64,000 nucleotides of DNA from Marinilabiliaceae bacterium (GCA_016933045.1 JAFGBR010000021.1:24886-88885), one strand, 5' to 3'; positions 38,229-48,376 are shown, counted from the stretch's first letter. A program made the numbers and translations. The notes: generated from the sequence alone by a model not told the origin.

Positions 38229-39950
38229 ATGAGTACATTGGATCTAAGCGAACAAGAACAATTAAGAAGACAGAGCCTGCAGGAATTGCATAAATTAGGA
38301 ATAAATCCTTTTCCGGCCGAAGAGTATCCCGTATCACATTTCTCGAAAGAAATAAAAGAAACATTCGATTCGGAGAAGAATAATCTTCAGGATGTTTGTT
38401 TGGCAGGCCGTATTATGAGTCGTCGTATTATGGGTAATGCATCGTTTGTAGAAATTAAAGATAAGCAGGGGCGTATCCAGGTTTATTTTCGTCGCGATGA
38501 TATCTGTGAAGGTGAAGATAAGACCCTTTATAATACTGTTTTTAAAAAACTCCTTGATATTGGAGATATAATTGGAGTGAAAGGGTATGTGTTTAAAACA
38601 CAGATGGGTGAGATATCGGTTTATGTTAAAGAATTTACCGTTTTAAGCAAATCAATCCGACCATTACCTATAGTAAAAGAGAAAGATGGCCAGGTTTACG
38701 ATGCGTTTACCGATCCGGAACAGCGATATAGAATGCGTTATGTCGATTTAATTGTTAACGATCATGTAAAAGAAACGTTTATTAAGCGTACCAAGATAAT
38801 AAACAGCATGCGTGATTTTTTTAATGCAAAAGGATATACCGAGGTAGAAACGCCTATTTTACAGGCCATTCCAGGAGGTGCTGCAGCCCGTCCTTTTATT
38901 ACACATCACAATGCATTGAATATTCCACTCTATTTACGTATTGCCAATGAGTTGTACCTGAAGCGTTTAATTGTTGGCGGGTTTGATGGGGTGTACGAGT
39001 TTGCAAAAGATTTTCGTAACGAGGGGATGGATCGTACACACAATCCTGAGTTTACAGTTATGGAAATTTATGTGGCTTATAAAGATTATAAGTGGATGAT
39101 GGAGTTCACAGAACAGATGATTGAAAAAGTCGCACTTGATTTACATGGCACTACAAAAGTGAAGCTTGGTGATAAGGAAATAGATTTTAAGCGTCCTTTT
39201 AAGAGAGTAACCATGATTGATGCAATAAAAGAACATACAGGTTTTGATATTAATGGTATGAACGAAGCCCAATTGCGTGATGTTTGTCGCGAATTGGAAA
39301 TTGAAACAGATTTATCAATGGGTAAAGGAAAACTTATTGATGAGATTTTTGGCGAAAAATGTGAGGGTCATTATATTCAACCAACATTTATTATTGATTA
39401 TCCAGTTGAGATGTCGCCTTTATGTAAAAAACATCGCGATAACCCTGAATTAACTGAGCGTTTCGAGTTAATGGTTAATGGTAAAGAGTTGGCAAATGCA
39501 TATTCTGAACTTAATGATCCTATAGATCAGCTAGATCGTTTTCAGGATCAGTTAAAGCTTTCGGAAAAGGGCGATGATGAAGCGATGTTTATTGATATGG
39601 ACTTTGTTCGTTCACTTGAATACGGTATGCCTCCAACATCGGGTATGGGAATAGGAATAGATCGTTTAACCATGTTTATGACCAACAATAGTAGTATTCA
39701 GGATGTGTTGTTTTTTCCGCAAATGAAACCCGAAAAAAAGGTCGATAAAGATGGTGATGATAAATTTGAGGAGAAAGGTATTCCAACAGAATGGATTTCT
39801 TTATTAAGAAAGGTCGGAATTAATAAAGTAGCTGATTTAAAAGGGTTAAATCCTAATAAGTTGCACCAGGATTTATGTGGACTAAACAAAAAAAATAAGT
39901 TGGGATTGCAAAATCCTGCAAAAGAAAATGTTCAGGTCTGGGTTGAATAA
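38229..39950 (+). CDS. lysS: lysine--tRNA ligase (class II) with ~70-aa C-terminal extension
   Basis: 573 aa with OB-fold N-terminus and class II motifs (FRNEG, ...GMGIGIDRL). The extension has an HhH-like [16 protein letters not shown]. Confidence 0.93.
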   Translation: MSTLDLSEQEQLRRQSLQELHKLGINPFPAEEYPVSHFSKEIKETFDSEKNNLQDVCLAGRIMSRRIMGNASFVEIKDKQGRIQVYFRRDDICEGEDKTLYNTVFKKLLDIGDIIGVKGYVFKTQMGEISVYVKEFTVLSKSIRPLPIVKEKDGQVYDAFTDPEQRYRMRYVDLIVNDHVKETFIKRTKIINSMRDFFNAKGYTEVETPILQAIPGGAAARPFITHHNALNIPLYLRIANELYLKRLIVGGFDGVYEFAKDFRNEGMDRTHNPEFTVMEIYVAYKDYKWMMEFTEQMIEKVALDLHGTTKVKLGDKEIDFKRPFKRVTMIDAIKEHTGFDINGMNEAQLRDVCRELEIETDLSMGKGKLIDEIFGEKCEGHYIQPTFIIDYPVEMSPLCKKHRDNPELTERFELMVNGKELANAYSELNDPIDQLDRFQDQLKLSEKGDDEAMFIDMDFVRSLEYGMPPTSGMGIGIDRLTMFMTNNSSIQDVLFFPQMKPEKKVDKDGDDKFEEKGIPTEWISLLRKVGINKVADLKGLNPNKLHQDLCGLNKKNKLGLQNPAKENVQVWVE

Positions 39951-39991
39951 TTAATCATAACGGGTTAATAAATTAAGAAAAATAATAATAA

Positions 39992-40981
39992 ATGACTTCA
40001 AATATTGGAATAATAGGTAGTGGTAGTTGGGCAACGGCTATTGCCAAAATATTGCTAGCCAATGTTTCTGGTATCAATTGGCATTTTAGGGACGAAGATC
40101 ATATTGAAAAGTTTAAACAAAAAACTCATAATCCAAACTATCTTACCGGAGTATTGTTCGATACCGAGAAGATTAATTTTTCGGCTGATATTAATAAAAT
40201 AGTTGAGAATTCAGACACAATTATCTTTGCTGTTCCTTCGGCATTTCTTAAGTCGGCATTAAAGGAATTAACCGTTTCGTTGAGGAATAAATTTGTGGTA
40301 TCGGCAATAAAAGGATTAGTTCCTGATGAAAATTTAATTATTGGAAGTTATTTTAATAAACGATATGATGTACCTATTAATCAAATTGGCATTATTACTG
40401 GCCCATGCCATGCCGAAGAGGTCGCATTGGAACGACTTTCTTATTTAACCATTGCATGTCAGGATTTGAAGTTAGGGCGTTCGCTTGCCGAAAAAATGAC
40501 ATGTTCATATATTCAAACAAGTGTGTCTGACGATATATATGGAACTGAATATTCAGCGGTGTTAAAAAATATTATGGCAGTAGCTTCGGGTATTTGTCAT
40601 GGATTAGGATATGGTGATAATTTTCAGGCTGTATTGATAAGTAATGCTATTCAAGAGATAAAACGCTTTGTTGATACTGTTCATCCTATTTCGCGCGATA
40701 TAAAGAGTTCGGCATATTTAGGCGATTTACTGGTAACCTGTTATTCGCAATTTAGTCGTAATCGTACTTTTGGAACTATGATTGGGAAAGGTTATTCGGT
40801 AAAATCGGCACAGTTGGAGATGCTTATGATTGCCGAGGGGTATTATGCAGTTAAGAGTATTAAAGAAATAAATGACAAGTATAAGGTTAATATGCCTATT
40901 ACCGAGGCAGTTTATAATATTATTTACGATAAAATATCTCCTGCTATTGAAATTAGATTGTTGACAGAACAAATACGATAA
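39992..40981 (+). CDS. gpsA: NAD(P)H-dependent glycerol-3-phosphate dehydrogenase
   Basis: 329 aa with IGIIGSGSWATAIA Rossmann motif, GPCHAEEV and NRTFG. Confidence 0.9.
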   Translation: MTSNIGIIGSGSWATAIAKILLANVSGINWHFRDEDHIEKFKQKTHNPNYLTGVLFDTEKINFSADINKIVENSDTIIFAVPSAFLKSALKELTVSLRNKFVVSAIKGLVPDENLIIGSYFNKRYDVPINQIGIITGPCHAEEVALERLSYLTIACQDLKLGRSLAEKMTCSYIQTSVSDDIYGTEYSAVLKNIMAVASGICHGLGYGDNFQAVLISNAIQEIKRFVDTVHPISRDIKSSAYLGDLLVTCYSQFSRNRTFGTMIGKGYSVKSAQLEMLMIAEGYYAVKSIKEINDKYKVNMPITEAVYNIIYDKISPAIEIRLLTEQIR

Positions 40982-41014
40982 CACAAACATTTATTTGACG
41001 AAAACATTAAAAAA

Positions 41015-42361
41015 ATGGAAAACTTAAAGATTGATATTTCAAAAGTATCAGGTTTTGTAAGCGATAAAGCTATTGATGATTATGAACAACTTGCAAATGA
41101 AAGCCTAAAAGCTCTTTATAAAAAATCGGGTAAGGGAAGTGATTTTTTAGGATGGGTTGAGTTGCCTGATACTATAACAGATGAGTTTTTGTCCGATGTA
41201 GAAGCTACTGCGGCATCATTGAAAGCAAAAGCCGATTATGTTGTTGTTGTTGGTATTGGAGGTAGTTATTTGGGCGCCAGGGCTGTTATTGATGCATTAA
41301 ACAATAGTTTTGACTGGTTGCAAACAAAACGCGAAAATCCTGTTATTTTATATGCAGGTCAAAATATTGGGGAAGATTATACTTCGGAGTTATTGAATTT
41401 TTTAAGTGATAAATCATTTGCAGTAGTTGTTATTTCAAAGTCAGGAACAACAACAGAACCAGCAATTGCATTCAGGTTGTTGAAAGAGTTGGTTGAGGAG
41501 AAATTTGGAAAGAATGGAGCAAAAGATCGTATAGTGGCAATTACCGATGCCAGCCGTGGTGCTTTAAGAACATTGGCCGATCAGGAAGGTTATAAAACTT
41601 ATGTAATACCTGATGATGTTGGGGGACGTTATTCGGTATTAACACCGGTAGGTTTATTGCCAATTGCAGTTGCCGGTTTTGATATTCGTCAGCTTGTTAA
41701 AGGTGCAGTTGACATGAAAGGTTTAACATCGCCTGAAGTGCCATTTAAAGAAAACCCTGCTTCGTTATATGCTGCTACCCGAAATGAACTTTATAAAAAC
41801 GGGAAGGCTATAGAGATAATGGTTAATTATCAGCCTAAACTTCATTTTGTTACTGAGTGGTGGAAACAACTTTATGGCGAAAGTGAAGGAAAGGATAACA
41901 AAGGAATTTTCCCTGCCGGTGTCGATTTTTCAACCGATCTTCATTCAATGGGACAGTGGATTCAGGAAGGAGTTCGTAATATTTTCGAAACTGTTTTGAC
42001 AATAAAAACGGCTAATGAAACACTTAAGGTGCCTTCTGATTGTGCTAATCTTGATGGTTTAAACTTTTTAGCTGGTAAGCGTATTGACGAGGTTAACAAA
42101 ATGGCCGAGCTGGGAACTCTAATTGCTCATTTAGACGGAGGTGTTCCTAATATTAAAATTGAGTTACCTCAACTGAATGAGTATTATCTTGGTCAAATGA
42201 TATATTTTTATGAAATAGCATGTGGTATAAGTGGCTATATTTTGGGTGTGAATCCATTTGATCAGCCTGGTGTTGAGGCTTATAAAAAGAATATGTTTGC
42301 ATTGTTGGAAAAACCCGGTTTCGAAGCAGAAACTAAAGCAATGAGACAAAGGATTAAATAA
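41015..42361 (+). CDS. pgi: glucose-6-phosphate isomerase
   Basis: 448 aa with [23 protein letters not shown] and NPFDQPGVE. Confidence 0.92.
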   Translation: MENLKIDISKVSGFVSDKAIDDYEQLANESLKALYKKSGKGSDFLGWVELPDTITDEFLSDVEATAASLKAKADYVVVVGIGGSYLGARAVIDALNNSFDWLQTKRENPVILYAGQNIGEDYTSELLNFLSDKSFAVVVISKSGTTTEPAIAFRLLKELVEEKFGKNGAKDRIVAITDASRGALRTLADQEGYKTYVIPDDVGGRYSVLTPVGLLPIAVAGFDIRQLVKGAVDMKGLTSPEVPFKENPASLYAATRNELYKNGKAIEIMVNYQPKLHFVTEWWKQLYGESEGKDNKGIFPAGVDFSTDLHSMGQWIQEGVRNIFETVLTIKTANETLKVPSDCANLDGLNFLAGKRIDEVNKMAELGTLIAHLDGGVPNIKIELPQLNEYYLGQMIYFYEIACGISGYILGVNPFDQPGVEAYKKNMFALLEKPGFEAETKAMRQRIK

Positions 42362-42382
42362 TAGTATTTGTTTAATTAATGT

Positions 42383-42418
42383 AAAAAGGGGAGCTATTTA
42401 GCAATAGTTCCCCTTTTT
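42383..42418. terminator. Rho-independent terminator between convergent pgi and sigma-factor genes
   Basis: A5-GGGGAGCTATT-TAGC-AATAGTTCCCC-T5, with one G-U pair. Confidence 0.75.
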
Positions 42419-42480
42419 GTGTTTGTGAAACAAGTTATTAATTTGTTTATTAAATGTATTGTTTTGCTCAACAAAACAAA

Positions 42481-42975
42481 TTAGTTCATAATCATATTCT
42501 GAAGTTTTTTTCGGGCAAATGAAATGCGACTTTTAACAGTGCCAATAGGAAGATTTAATTTCTCGGCAATCTCTTTATATTTATATCCAAATACGTGCAT
42601 TTGAAAAGGTGTTTTTAAATCGTGTTCTAATTGTTCAATGGTTTTATTTATATGAACCAGGCTTAAATGCATCTCTGGTGTTTCGCGGGTATAATGATAG
42701 TTAGATAAATAAACAACTTCATCCATTGAAGTGTCGTTTTTGGAAGTTCTTGATTTTTTCCTGTAATCGTTTATAAATGTATTACGCATTATTACATGCA
42801 TCCATGCATTAAAATTTGTATTTTCTACAAATTTATGTTTAAAGTTTAATGCTCTTAATAATGAATCCTGAAGCAAATCTCTTGCTTCTTCTTCGTTATA
42901 TGTTAATGTTTTTGCATAATGGAATAATTTTTCCTGAATGTCTGTTACGCGATTGTTAAATTGTACTGCGGTCAT
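42481..42975 (-). CDS. RNA polymerase sigma-70 family (ECF-type) sigma factor
   Basis: 164 aa. Region 2 (DLLQDSLLRAL...NAWMHVIMRNTFINDYRK) and region 4 HTH (YKEIAEKLNLPIGTVKSRISFARKKL). Confidence 0.85.
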   Translation of the reverse strand: MTAVQFNNRVTDIQEKLFHYAKTLTYNEEEARDLLQDSLLRALNFKHKFVENTNFNAWMHVIMRNTFINDYRKKSRTSKNDTSMDEVVYLSNYHYTRETPEMHLSLVHINKTIEQLEHDLKTPFQMHVFGYKYKEIAEKLNLPIGTVKSRISFARKKLQNMIMN

Positions 42976-43336
42976 GTTTTCTAATTTATTAGGTTAAACA
43001 AATTTGAAAGAATGTTCCCTATCCTTTCATTAAGTAAAAAGGTAAATGATTACCGAAATACTAAAACGAAGATATGATATTTTTTTTAAAAGCAAAAAAA
43101 TATTTGTTTATTTTTTATTCGAATTAGTTAGTCGTTTTTCGTCACTTAGAAGTAATAAAAAGTTTAATAGTATTATTTGTAATGATTAAAAAGAACTATA
43201 AAACCTTTTCTTTGTTTGAAAAATAAACATTGCATGATTAAATTACACATGATGATGATTTAGTTATGAATAAGTTTCATCTGACATTTTCAAATAAAAC
43301 ATTAATAAGTGAAAACTAATTTTTTATATCTTATAG

Positions 43337-43564
43337 ATGAAATTTATGAGGAATATTGGAAAAAGAATTTATAATTTTTATGCCGAAGGATTTCGAACGC
43401 TTTCACCATATGCAAAAACATTGTGGTTAATTATTTTATTAAAATTGTTTGTAATGTTTTTTATTCTAAAAATATTCTTTTTCAGAGATACATATAAAAA
43501 TCGTTTCGATGGTGAAAAAGAAATATCGGAACATGTTATAAATCAAATCACAAATACTAAATAA
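43337..43564 (+). CDS. small membrane protein preceding cydA (DUF4492-like)
   Basis: 75 aa with one hydrophobic helix (LWLIILLKLFVMFFILKIFFF). 8-nt gap before cydA. This position is conserved in Bacteroidota cyd operons (from memory). Confidence 0.6.
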   Translation: MKFMRNIGKRIYNFYAEGFRTLSPYAKTLWLIILLKLFVMFFILKIFFFRDTYKNRFDGEKEISEHVINQITNTK

Positions 43565-43572
43565 TATTAAAG

Positions 43573-45162
43573 ATGGAGCACATTGATTTATCTTTAGTGG
43601 ACTGGTCCAGGGCTCAATTCGCATTAACGGCTATGTATCACTGGGTTTTTGTTCCTCTCACATTGGGTCTTAGTTTTATTATTGCATTTATGGAATCTAT
43701 ATATGTGAAGACCGGTGATGAGAAATGGAAAAAAACAACTCGTTTTTGGATGAAATTATTCGGTATCAACTTTGCAATTGGGGTTGCTACCGGAATAATT
43801 CTTGAATTTGAGTTTGGAACCAACTGGTCTAATTATTCATGGTTTGTGGGTGATATTTTCGGAGCTCCATTGGCTATTGAGGGTATAATGGCTTTTTTTA
43901 TGGAGAGTACCTTCATTGCAGTTATGTTTTTTGGTTGGGATAAAGTGAGTAAAAAGTTTCACTTAACTGCTACCTGGTTAACCGCTATTGGTGCAAATAT
44001 ATCGGCATTGTGGATTTTAGTAGCAAATGCTTGGATGCAAAATCCTGTTGGAATGCAGTTTAATCCAGATACGGCACGAATGGAAATGGTTAACTTTTGG
44101 GATGTGCTATATTCTCCAAGTGCAATAAGTAAGTTTATTCATACTACTACATCTGGATTTGTTCTTGCTGCTGTATTTGTGATTGGCATAAGTAGTTGGT
44201 TTTTGTTGAAAAAACGACATCAATTGATGGCAAAAAGAAGTATGCTTGTTTCAAGTGTTTTTGGTATAATAGCCAGTATTACTCTTATTGTATCGGGCGA
44301 TAGTTCAGCTCGTGATATTGCTAAATATCAACCTGTTAAATTTGCTGCTATGGAGGCTTTGTATGAGGGTAAAACACAGGCTCCATTAGTTGCTATTGGA
44401 TTAATAGGTAAGTTAAATTATGATTCGATAACTAAAGATACTAAAGATGATTTTCTGATTAAAATTGAGATACCTAATATGTTGTCCTATTTAGCTTTTA
44501 TGGATCCTAATGCTTTTGTGCCCGGAATTAAAGATTTGGTATTAGGAAATGAGGATTATAATATTTTATCGGTAATAGAGAAGATTAAAAGAGGATATGT
44601 GGCACAGCAATCGTTAAAATTATACAAAGAGACAGAAAAAACAGATAAGGTGTTACATGAGGCATTAAAAGCAAAATTTACTGATTCGCAATGGCTTAAT
44701 ACTTATTTCAGGTATTTTGGGTATGGATCGTATTATGATGATGACTCGAAAATAATGGAGTCCAATGCTTTTAAAGTGGTCCCTCCTGTTTCATTAACTT
44801 TTTATGCTTTTCATTTAATGGTTATTTTGGGAGGTCATTTCCTTTTGCTTTTTTTGATTGTGTTATATCTTGTTGTTATAAATAGAATAGAAAAATATAA
44901 GATTGTTTTGTATACAGCACTATGGACAATTCCTTTGGTTTACATTGCAAGTCAGAGTGGCTGGATAGTAGCTGAAGTAGGCAGGCAGCCATGGGTTATA
45001 CAAGATTTAATGACTACCATGAATGCAGTATCTAAAATAGATAGTTCATCGGTTATAATAACGTTTATTTTGTTTGCAGTATTGTTTACAGGGTTGTTAA
45101 TTGCCGAGTTGGGTATTATGATTAAACAAATAAAAATTGGACCTAAAGATGGAGGACATTAG
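43573..45162 (+). CDS. cydA: cytochrome bd ubiquinol oxidase subunit I
   Basis: 529 aa with LSRAQFALTAMYHW.FVP, GWDKVSKKFH, a long Q-loop, and GRQPWVIQDLM. Confidence 0.92.
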   Translation: MEHIDLSLVDWSRAQFALTAMYHWVFVPLTLGLSFIIAFMESIYVKTGDEKWKKTTRFWMKLFGINFAIGVATGIILEFEFGTNWSNYSWFVGDIFGAPLAIEGIMAFFMESTFIAVMFFGWDKVSKKFHLTATWLTAIGANISALWILVANAWMQNPVGMQFNPDTARMEMVNFWDVLYSPSAISKFIHTTTSGFVLAAVFVIGISSWFLLKKRHQLMAKRSMLVSSVFGIIASITLIVSGDSSARDIAKYQPVKFAAMEALYEGKTQAPLVAIGLIGKLNYDSITKDTKDDFLIKIEIPNMLSYLAFMDPNAFVPGIKDLVLGNEDYNILSVIEKIKRGYVAQQSLKLYKETEKTDKVLHEALKAKFTDSQWLNTYFRYFGYGSYYDDDSKIMESNAFKVVPPVSLTFYAFHLMVILGGHFLLLFLIVLYLVVINRIEKYKIVLYTALWTIPLVYIASQSGWIVAEVGRQPWVIQDLMTTMNAVSKIDSSSVIITFILFAVLFTGLLIAELGIMIKQIKIGPKDGGH

Positions 45163-45164
45163 TT

Positions 45165-46298
45165 ATGTTTGAAACATTGTCGCATTTAGCATTACAGCAG
45201 TATTGGTGGTTATTGGTTTCTTTACTTGGTGCATTACTTGTTTTTTTAATGTTTGTGCAAGGGGGTCAAACTCTTATATATACCATAGGAAAAAGTGAAG
45301 TTGAACGAGCGATGCTTGTAAATACTTTGGGAAGGAAATGGGAATTTACATTTACAACTTTGGTTACTTTTGGAGGTGCTTTTTTTGCTTCTTTTCCGCT
45401 GTTTTACAGTACTAGTTTTGGAGGTGCTTATTGGGTGTGGATGATTATCTTATTTGCGTTTGTTATTCAAGCTGTATCTTATGAGTTTCGAAGTCGGCCT
45501 AATAATTTGTTTGGTTCAAAAACGTATGAGATTTTTTTGTTTGTTAATGGGCTTATTGGCACTATACTTATTGGTGTTGCGGTGGCTACTTTTTTTACAG
45601 GAGCAAATTTTTATATAAATGAAATGAATCAATCTCATTGGGCAACCTCTTTACATGGTTTGGAGGCTTTATTGAACCTGCACAATTTGACGTTGGGTTT
45701 AACAATATTCTTTTTGGCTCGTGTGCTTGGATTGTTATATTTTATTAATTCAATAGATGATGATGTTTTATATGACCGATCGGTTAAGCATCTGTTTTAT
45801 AACGCAATTCCTTTTGTTGTATTGTTTTTGATTTTTGTTGTATGGTTGTTGTTGAGAGATGGTTTTGCTGTTAATAATGAAACAATGATGGTATATATGG
45901 AACCTTTTAAGTATTGGCATAATCTTTTGAGTATGCCAATAGTGTTTATTAGCCTTTTTGTTGGTGTAATTGGTGTATTATATGGAATTGTGGTTGCACT
46001 TATTCGAAAGAGTACCAACGGAATTTGGTTTTCGGGTATTGGAACTGTGCTAACTGTTCTGTCGTTATTTTTATTAGCTGGTTTTAATAATACCTCTTTT
46101 TATCCTTCTTATGCCGATATGCAAAGTTCACTTACAATTGAAAATTCTTCATCCAGTAAGTTTACTTTAACTGTTATGAGTTATGTGTCGTTGTTAATAC
46201 CTTTTGTGGTTGGATATATTTATTATGCATGGCGGGCTATTAATAAACGAAAGATTGACAGGGACGAAATGGAGTCGAAAGAAATTCATATTTATTAA
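45165..46298 (+). CDS. cydB: cytochrome bd ubiquinol oxidase subunit II
   Basis: 377 aa polytopic protein. 2-nt gap after cydA. Typical CydB N-terminus (...LQQYWWLLVSLLGALLVFLMFVQGGQ). Confidence 0.9.
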   Translation: MFETLSHLALQQYWWLLVSLLGALLVFLMFVQGGQTLIYTIGKSEVERAMLVNTLGRKWEFTFTTLVTFGGAFFASFPLFYSTSFGGAYWVWMIILFAFVIQAVSYEFRSRPNNLFGSKTYEIFLFVNGLIGTILIGVAVATFFTGANFYINEMNQSHWATSLHGLEALLNLHNLTLGLTIFFLARVLGLLYFINSIDDDVLYDRSVKHLFYNAIPFVVLFLIFVVWLLLRDGFAVNNETMMVYMEPFKYWHNLLSMPIVFISLFVGVIGVLYGIVVALIRKSTNGIWFSGIGTVLTVLSLFLLAGFNNTSFYPSYADMQSSLTIENSSSSKFTLTVMSYVSLLIPFVVGYIYYAWRAINKRKIDRDEMESKEIHIY

Positions 46299-46310
46299 AA
46301 AAAACATGCT

Positions 46311-46439
46311 ATGGATTATATTGATGAATTGTTGTGGTATTCAATTTGGCCTGCAACTATTATATTGAGTTATTATGCAATATTATGGGTTGTTAAAAAA
46401 TATGATTGGAAATTTTTGTCTAATTCTGAAGATGAATAG
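46311..46439 (+). CDS. unannotated 42-aa single-pass membrane ORF downstream of cydB (candidate cytochrome bd accessory small subunit)
   Basis: The ATG at 46311 is 12 nt after the cydB stop. MDYIDELLWYSIWPATIILSYYAILWVVKKYDWKFLSNSEDE has one TM helix followed by KK. It is below the ORF-track length cut-off. Confidence 0.4.
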   Translation: MDYIDELLWYSIWPATIILSYYAILWVVKKYDWKFLSNSEDE

Positions 46440-46491
46440 TTAATATTAATTAAATAAGGGTGTTTAATAAAGTCTGATAATTCATTTTTAG

Positions 46492-47211
46492 TTATTTTTT
46501 CTTTCTTAATAAAGCAGTTGTGGCAGAAAAAATAATATATAATAAAATTGCAATTGAAATACCTCCAATACCCACAAAAATGATAAGTATTAACCCTGCA
46601 ATTAATAAAAAATATCGGTTTATGTTTTTTGTAAAACTGTAATTTTTAAATTTTAGCGAAAACATAGGTATTTCACTTACTAAGAGAGCTGAAAAAACAA
46701 TGACCAATACGACAATGAAATAAGGAGTTATGAGATGATTTAACCATTCGAAATCATTATTAATCAGAAATACAAATGATGCGGTAAATATGCCGGTTGC
46801 GGTAGTTGTTAAGCCAAGGAAATTTTCAGTTTGACGGGTATCGGTGTTAAATTTCGCTAAACGTAAAGCGGCAAAAACAACCATAATAAAAGGAAAGAGA
46901 ACCATTATTTGTTGAATTAACTCTAGTTTGAAATAACTAGAGTTGTCATATATATTCGAAATGATGTTCGACAGGATAGCAGCAGGTGCAACACCAAAAC
47001 TGATTAAATCGGCAAGTGAGTCTAATTCTTTGCCAATTTCACTGTAGGCTTTTAAAGCACGTGCAGCAAAACCATCAGCAAAATCGAATAATGCAGCAAT
47101 AAGTATTAGTGTTGATGCTATATAAAGTTCACCGTTAAGTGCAAAAAAAACAGCAATAGTTCCACAAAGTGCATTTAAACTGGTTAAAAAGTTTGGAATA
47201 TGTTTAGTCAT
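46492..47211 (-). CDS. pssA: CDP-diacylglycerol--serine O-phosphatidyltransferase (CDP-alcohol phosphatidyltransferase family)
   Basis: DGFAARALKAYSEIGKELDSLADLISFG matches D-G-x2-A-R-x8-G-x3-D-x3-D. The start is trimmed to ATG 47211 (MTKHIPNFLT). Confidence 0.85.
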   Translation of the reverse strand: MTKHIPNFLTSLNALCGTIAVFFALNGELYIASTLILIAALFDFADGFAARALKAYSEIGKELDSLADLISFGVAPAAILSNIISNIYDNSSYFKLELIQQIMVLFPFIMVVFAALRLAKFNTDTRQTENFLGLTTTATGIFTASFVFLINNDFEWLNHLITPYFIVVLVIVFSALLVSEIPMFSLKFKNYSFTKNINRYFLLIAGLILIIFVGIGGISIAILLYIIFSATTALLRKKK

Positions 47212-47350
47212 TGTATTTGTTTTATTTTTTAACGAAAATACAACATTCAAATTGACATTTAAAGATGTTGGTATGAAATTTATTGAAATATTGATGGTGT
47301 TATTTTAAGTAAAAAAACATTGTTTTGTTTGATACTTTAATTAATACTTC

Positions 47351-47358
47351 TATTTTTG
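47351..47358 (+). promoter_or_regulatory. -7 promoter box TATTTTTG for the his leader/operon
   Basis: Exact TAnnTTTG, 19 nt upstream of the leader ATG. Confidence 0.45.
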
Positions 47359-47376
47359 CATTAATAAAAAACGGAT

Positions 47377-47427
47377 ATGAATAGCAAAAGACATCATCAT
47401 CATCATTTCTTACTCTTAGTTGGGTAG
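47377..47427 (+). CDS. his operon leader peptide MNSKRHHHHHFLLLVG
   Basis: 16 codons, with five consecutive CAT codons at 47392-47406. Located between a promoter box and a terminator directly upstream of hisG. Confidence 0.7.
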   Translation: MNSKRHHHHHFLLLVG

Positions 47428-47463
47428 GCGTGAATGATTTTGTCTGTGTTTAAGATATTTATC

Positions 47464-47497
47464 AAGGCTTACCTTAATTAGGTGAGCCTTTTTTTTT
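47464..47497 (+). terminator. his attenuator (Rho-independent terminator)
   Basis: AAGGCTTACC-TTAATTA-GGTGAGCCTT followed by a T-run. The left arm can alternatively pair with GGTAGGC at 47423-47429. Confidence 0.7.
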
Positions 47498-47524
47498 CTT
47501 TGATAATAATAAAAACAAGAATAT

Positions 47525-48376
47525 ATGTTACGGATTGCATTACAAAAAAAAGGTCGATTGAACGAAGACTCAATGGCATTGTTAAAGGAAGCTGGAATTA
47601 AGTTTAATGTTGGAAGTGGAAAACTAGTTGCATCATGTAAAAATTTTCCAATTGAGGTGTTGTTTTTACGAGATGATGATATACCGCAGACAGTTGCCGA
47701 TAATGTTGCTGATATTGGAATTGTTGGAGAAAATGAATACGAGGAAAAAGATTTTAAACTTACAATTGCTAAGCGTTTGGGTTTTAGTAAATGTCGTATT
47801 TCATTAGCTATTCCTAAAGAACATGAATATACAGGTTTGTCTTATTTTCAAGGTAAAAAAATAGCGACATCGTATCCTGTTATTCTTGAAAAATTTTTTA
47901 AGGAAAAAGGGATAAAAGCTGATATTCATGAAATAGCCGGTTCGGTTGAAATAGCTCCAGGTATTGGCTTGGCAGATGCTATTTTTGATATAGTAAGCTC
48001 GGGAAGTACCTTGGTGGCAAATCATTTGAAAGAGGTTGAGATTGTAATGCATTCCGAAGCACTTTTGGTTGCCAGTCCGGATATTACTCCCGAAAAACAG
48101 GCATTGTTGGATGAAGTTATTTTCAGAATTAATGCAGTTAATGCAGCGGAAAAAAATAAATACATTTTATTAAATGCCCCCAATAATAAAATAAATGAGA
48201 TTATTGAAATATTACCTGGAATGAAAAGTCCAACTGTTTTACCATTAGCAAAGGAAGGTTGGAGTTCTGTTCATTCTGTTATTCAGGAGGGTGAATTTTG
48301 GGAGGTAATTGGAAAATTGAAGGCGTTGGGAGCAGAAGGAATACTGGTAATTCCAATTGAAAAAATGATTTTGTAA
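47525..48376 (+). CDS. hisG: ATP phosphoribosyltransferase (long form)
   Basis: 283 aa with MLRIALQKKGRL..., DIVSSGSTL and a C-terminal regulatory domain. Confidence 0.92.
   Translation: MLRIALQKKGRLNEDSMALLKEAGIKFNVGSGKLVASCKNFPIEVLFLRDDDIPQTVADNVADIGIVGENEYEEKDFKLTIAKRLGFSKCRISLAIPKEHEYTGLSYFQGKKIATSYPVILEKFFKEKGIKADIHEIAGSVEIAPGIGLADAIFDIVSSGSTLVANHLKEVEIVMHSEALLVASPDITPEKQALLDEVIFRINAVNAAEKNKYILLNAPNNKINEIIEILPGMKSPTVLPLAKEGWSSVHSVIQEGEFWEVIGKLKALGAEGILVIPIEKMIL

Noticed and set aside
47392-47406. A CATCATCATCATCAT run could be a His-tag cloning artefact or vector contamination.
   Set aside because: There are only five codons, inside a natural 16-codon ORF with a native-type promoter box and an attenuator hairpin, exactly upstream of hisG. 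No vector-like flanks (protease sites, MCS) are present.
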